64,000 nt of DNA, taken from contig CM102289.1 in the NCBI GenBank assembly GCA_046563655.1, positions 6,386,001 through 6,450,000 on the forward strand, read 5' to 3'. This document shows positions 63,293-64,000 of this stretch, piece by piece (within the stretch, counting starts at the first letter, position 1; every line of letters starts with the position of its first letter). This stretch comes from Yuukianura sp. NJ FZ-2021 (Eukaryota). The notes under the pieces are model-generated. The model was not told the origin of the DNA. It worked only from the letters and a program-made list of their open reading frames with translations, and searched no databases. A program made the translations under genes and the position numbers.

Positions 63293-63305
63293 TGACCCCT
63301 GACCT
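63293..63305 (-). promoter_or_regulatory. DR1 element ~265 bp upstream of the MCT gene
   Basis: tgacccctgacct reads AGGTCA-G-GGGTCA on the minus strand. Function is untested. Confidence 0.4.
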
Positions 63306-64000
63306 AGAGACAAGGCCTTGGAGTTTGGATGCCTACATAGATAGGATGACCTATAAAAGGATTTATCACACGCTCCCAATCTTACATGAACTGGTAAATA
63401 GCGGCGTGTTTAGGTGAACTATTTGTGCCATTTTCAACGTGACCTTTAACTACGTCTAAATTTGCTGTGTCACATGCCAACGTGTTGAAATGGTACTTAA
63501 CACGTGAATTGTTATATGTATGTAATAAGTTGTCGGAAGTTCCCACTCGTTCCTATGATATCATTTTAACTTTTTCCAAAAAGCCTAGATTCTCAATCAA
63601 CGCATCGTACAAAGCGAAGTTGCACAAAATTCGGTTTTTAAGCCCAAGGTGTAACTCCCGAGAAAGCGAGTGCAACTGCGATTTTGAAACCACCGATAAT
63701 TACAGAAGTGCTTAGAAATAACAATCCTGGAATTGAATCTGCAACAATTCTGCACAATTGTAACAATGTGAAGTGTTAAATGTTTATTAGCAAATGTTTA
63801 GAAGCTCAAAGTCGTACCTATAATGTTTTTGCACATACTAGCCAGCTACGGCAATTTTTTTTACCTATAGTTTGACAAAATCTGCACATTGCATTATTAC
63901 GTATTTCATATTAACGTTTAAACTGAACGCATTTTATATAAGCAACAACCTTGTTTTTTTGTAATTTGTAATTTAGCAGGTTTGCTCATGTGCTACAATT

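Overview
Eukaryotic, AT-rich, gene-dense DNA with mostly 60-100 nt GT-AG introns. It is probably from an arthropod with a compact genome, such as a springtail; this is inferred from gene content and is not proven. The left half (1-34.4 kb) is a minus-strand tandem array of eight CYP2-clan-like cytochrome P450 genes (the first runs off the window edge) plus several P450 relics. A ~5 kb tandem duplication carrying two ABCB6/HMT-1-like half-transporters interrupts the array. The right half holds a divergent D2HGDH-like FAD oxidoreductase, MRPL27, a TMC channel, RNASEH2C, ECH1, two atypical stefin (type-1 cystatin)-like genes, an intronless gamma-glutamyltranspeptidase, an epoxide hydrolase (EPHX1/JHEH type), a divergent ionotropic receptor, SARAF and an SLC16/MCT transporter. 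Putative non-autonomous DNA elements are a palindromic insertion, a Helentron-type HINE, a PIF/Tourist-like MITE in a P450 promoter, a 117-bp TA-flanked MITE and a 1.5-kb foldback element. The most notable signal is that DR1 nuclear-receptor elements recur at the unrelated metabolic genes, which suggests a possibly co-regulated detox/lipid-metabolism neighbourhood. Exon boundaries were read by eye, and CDS coordinates span introns.
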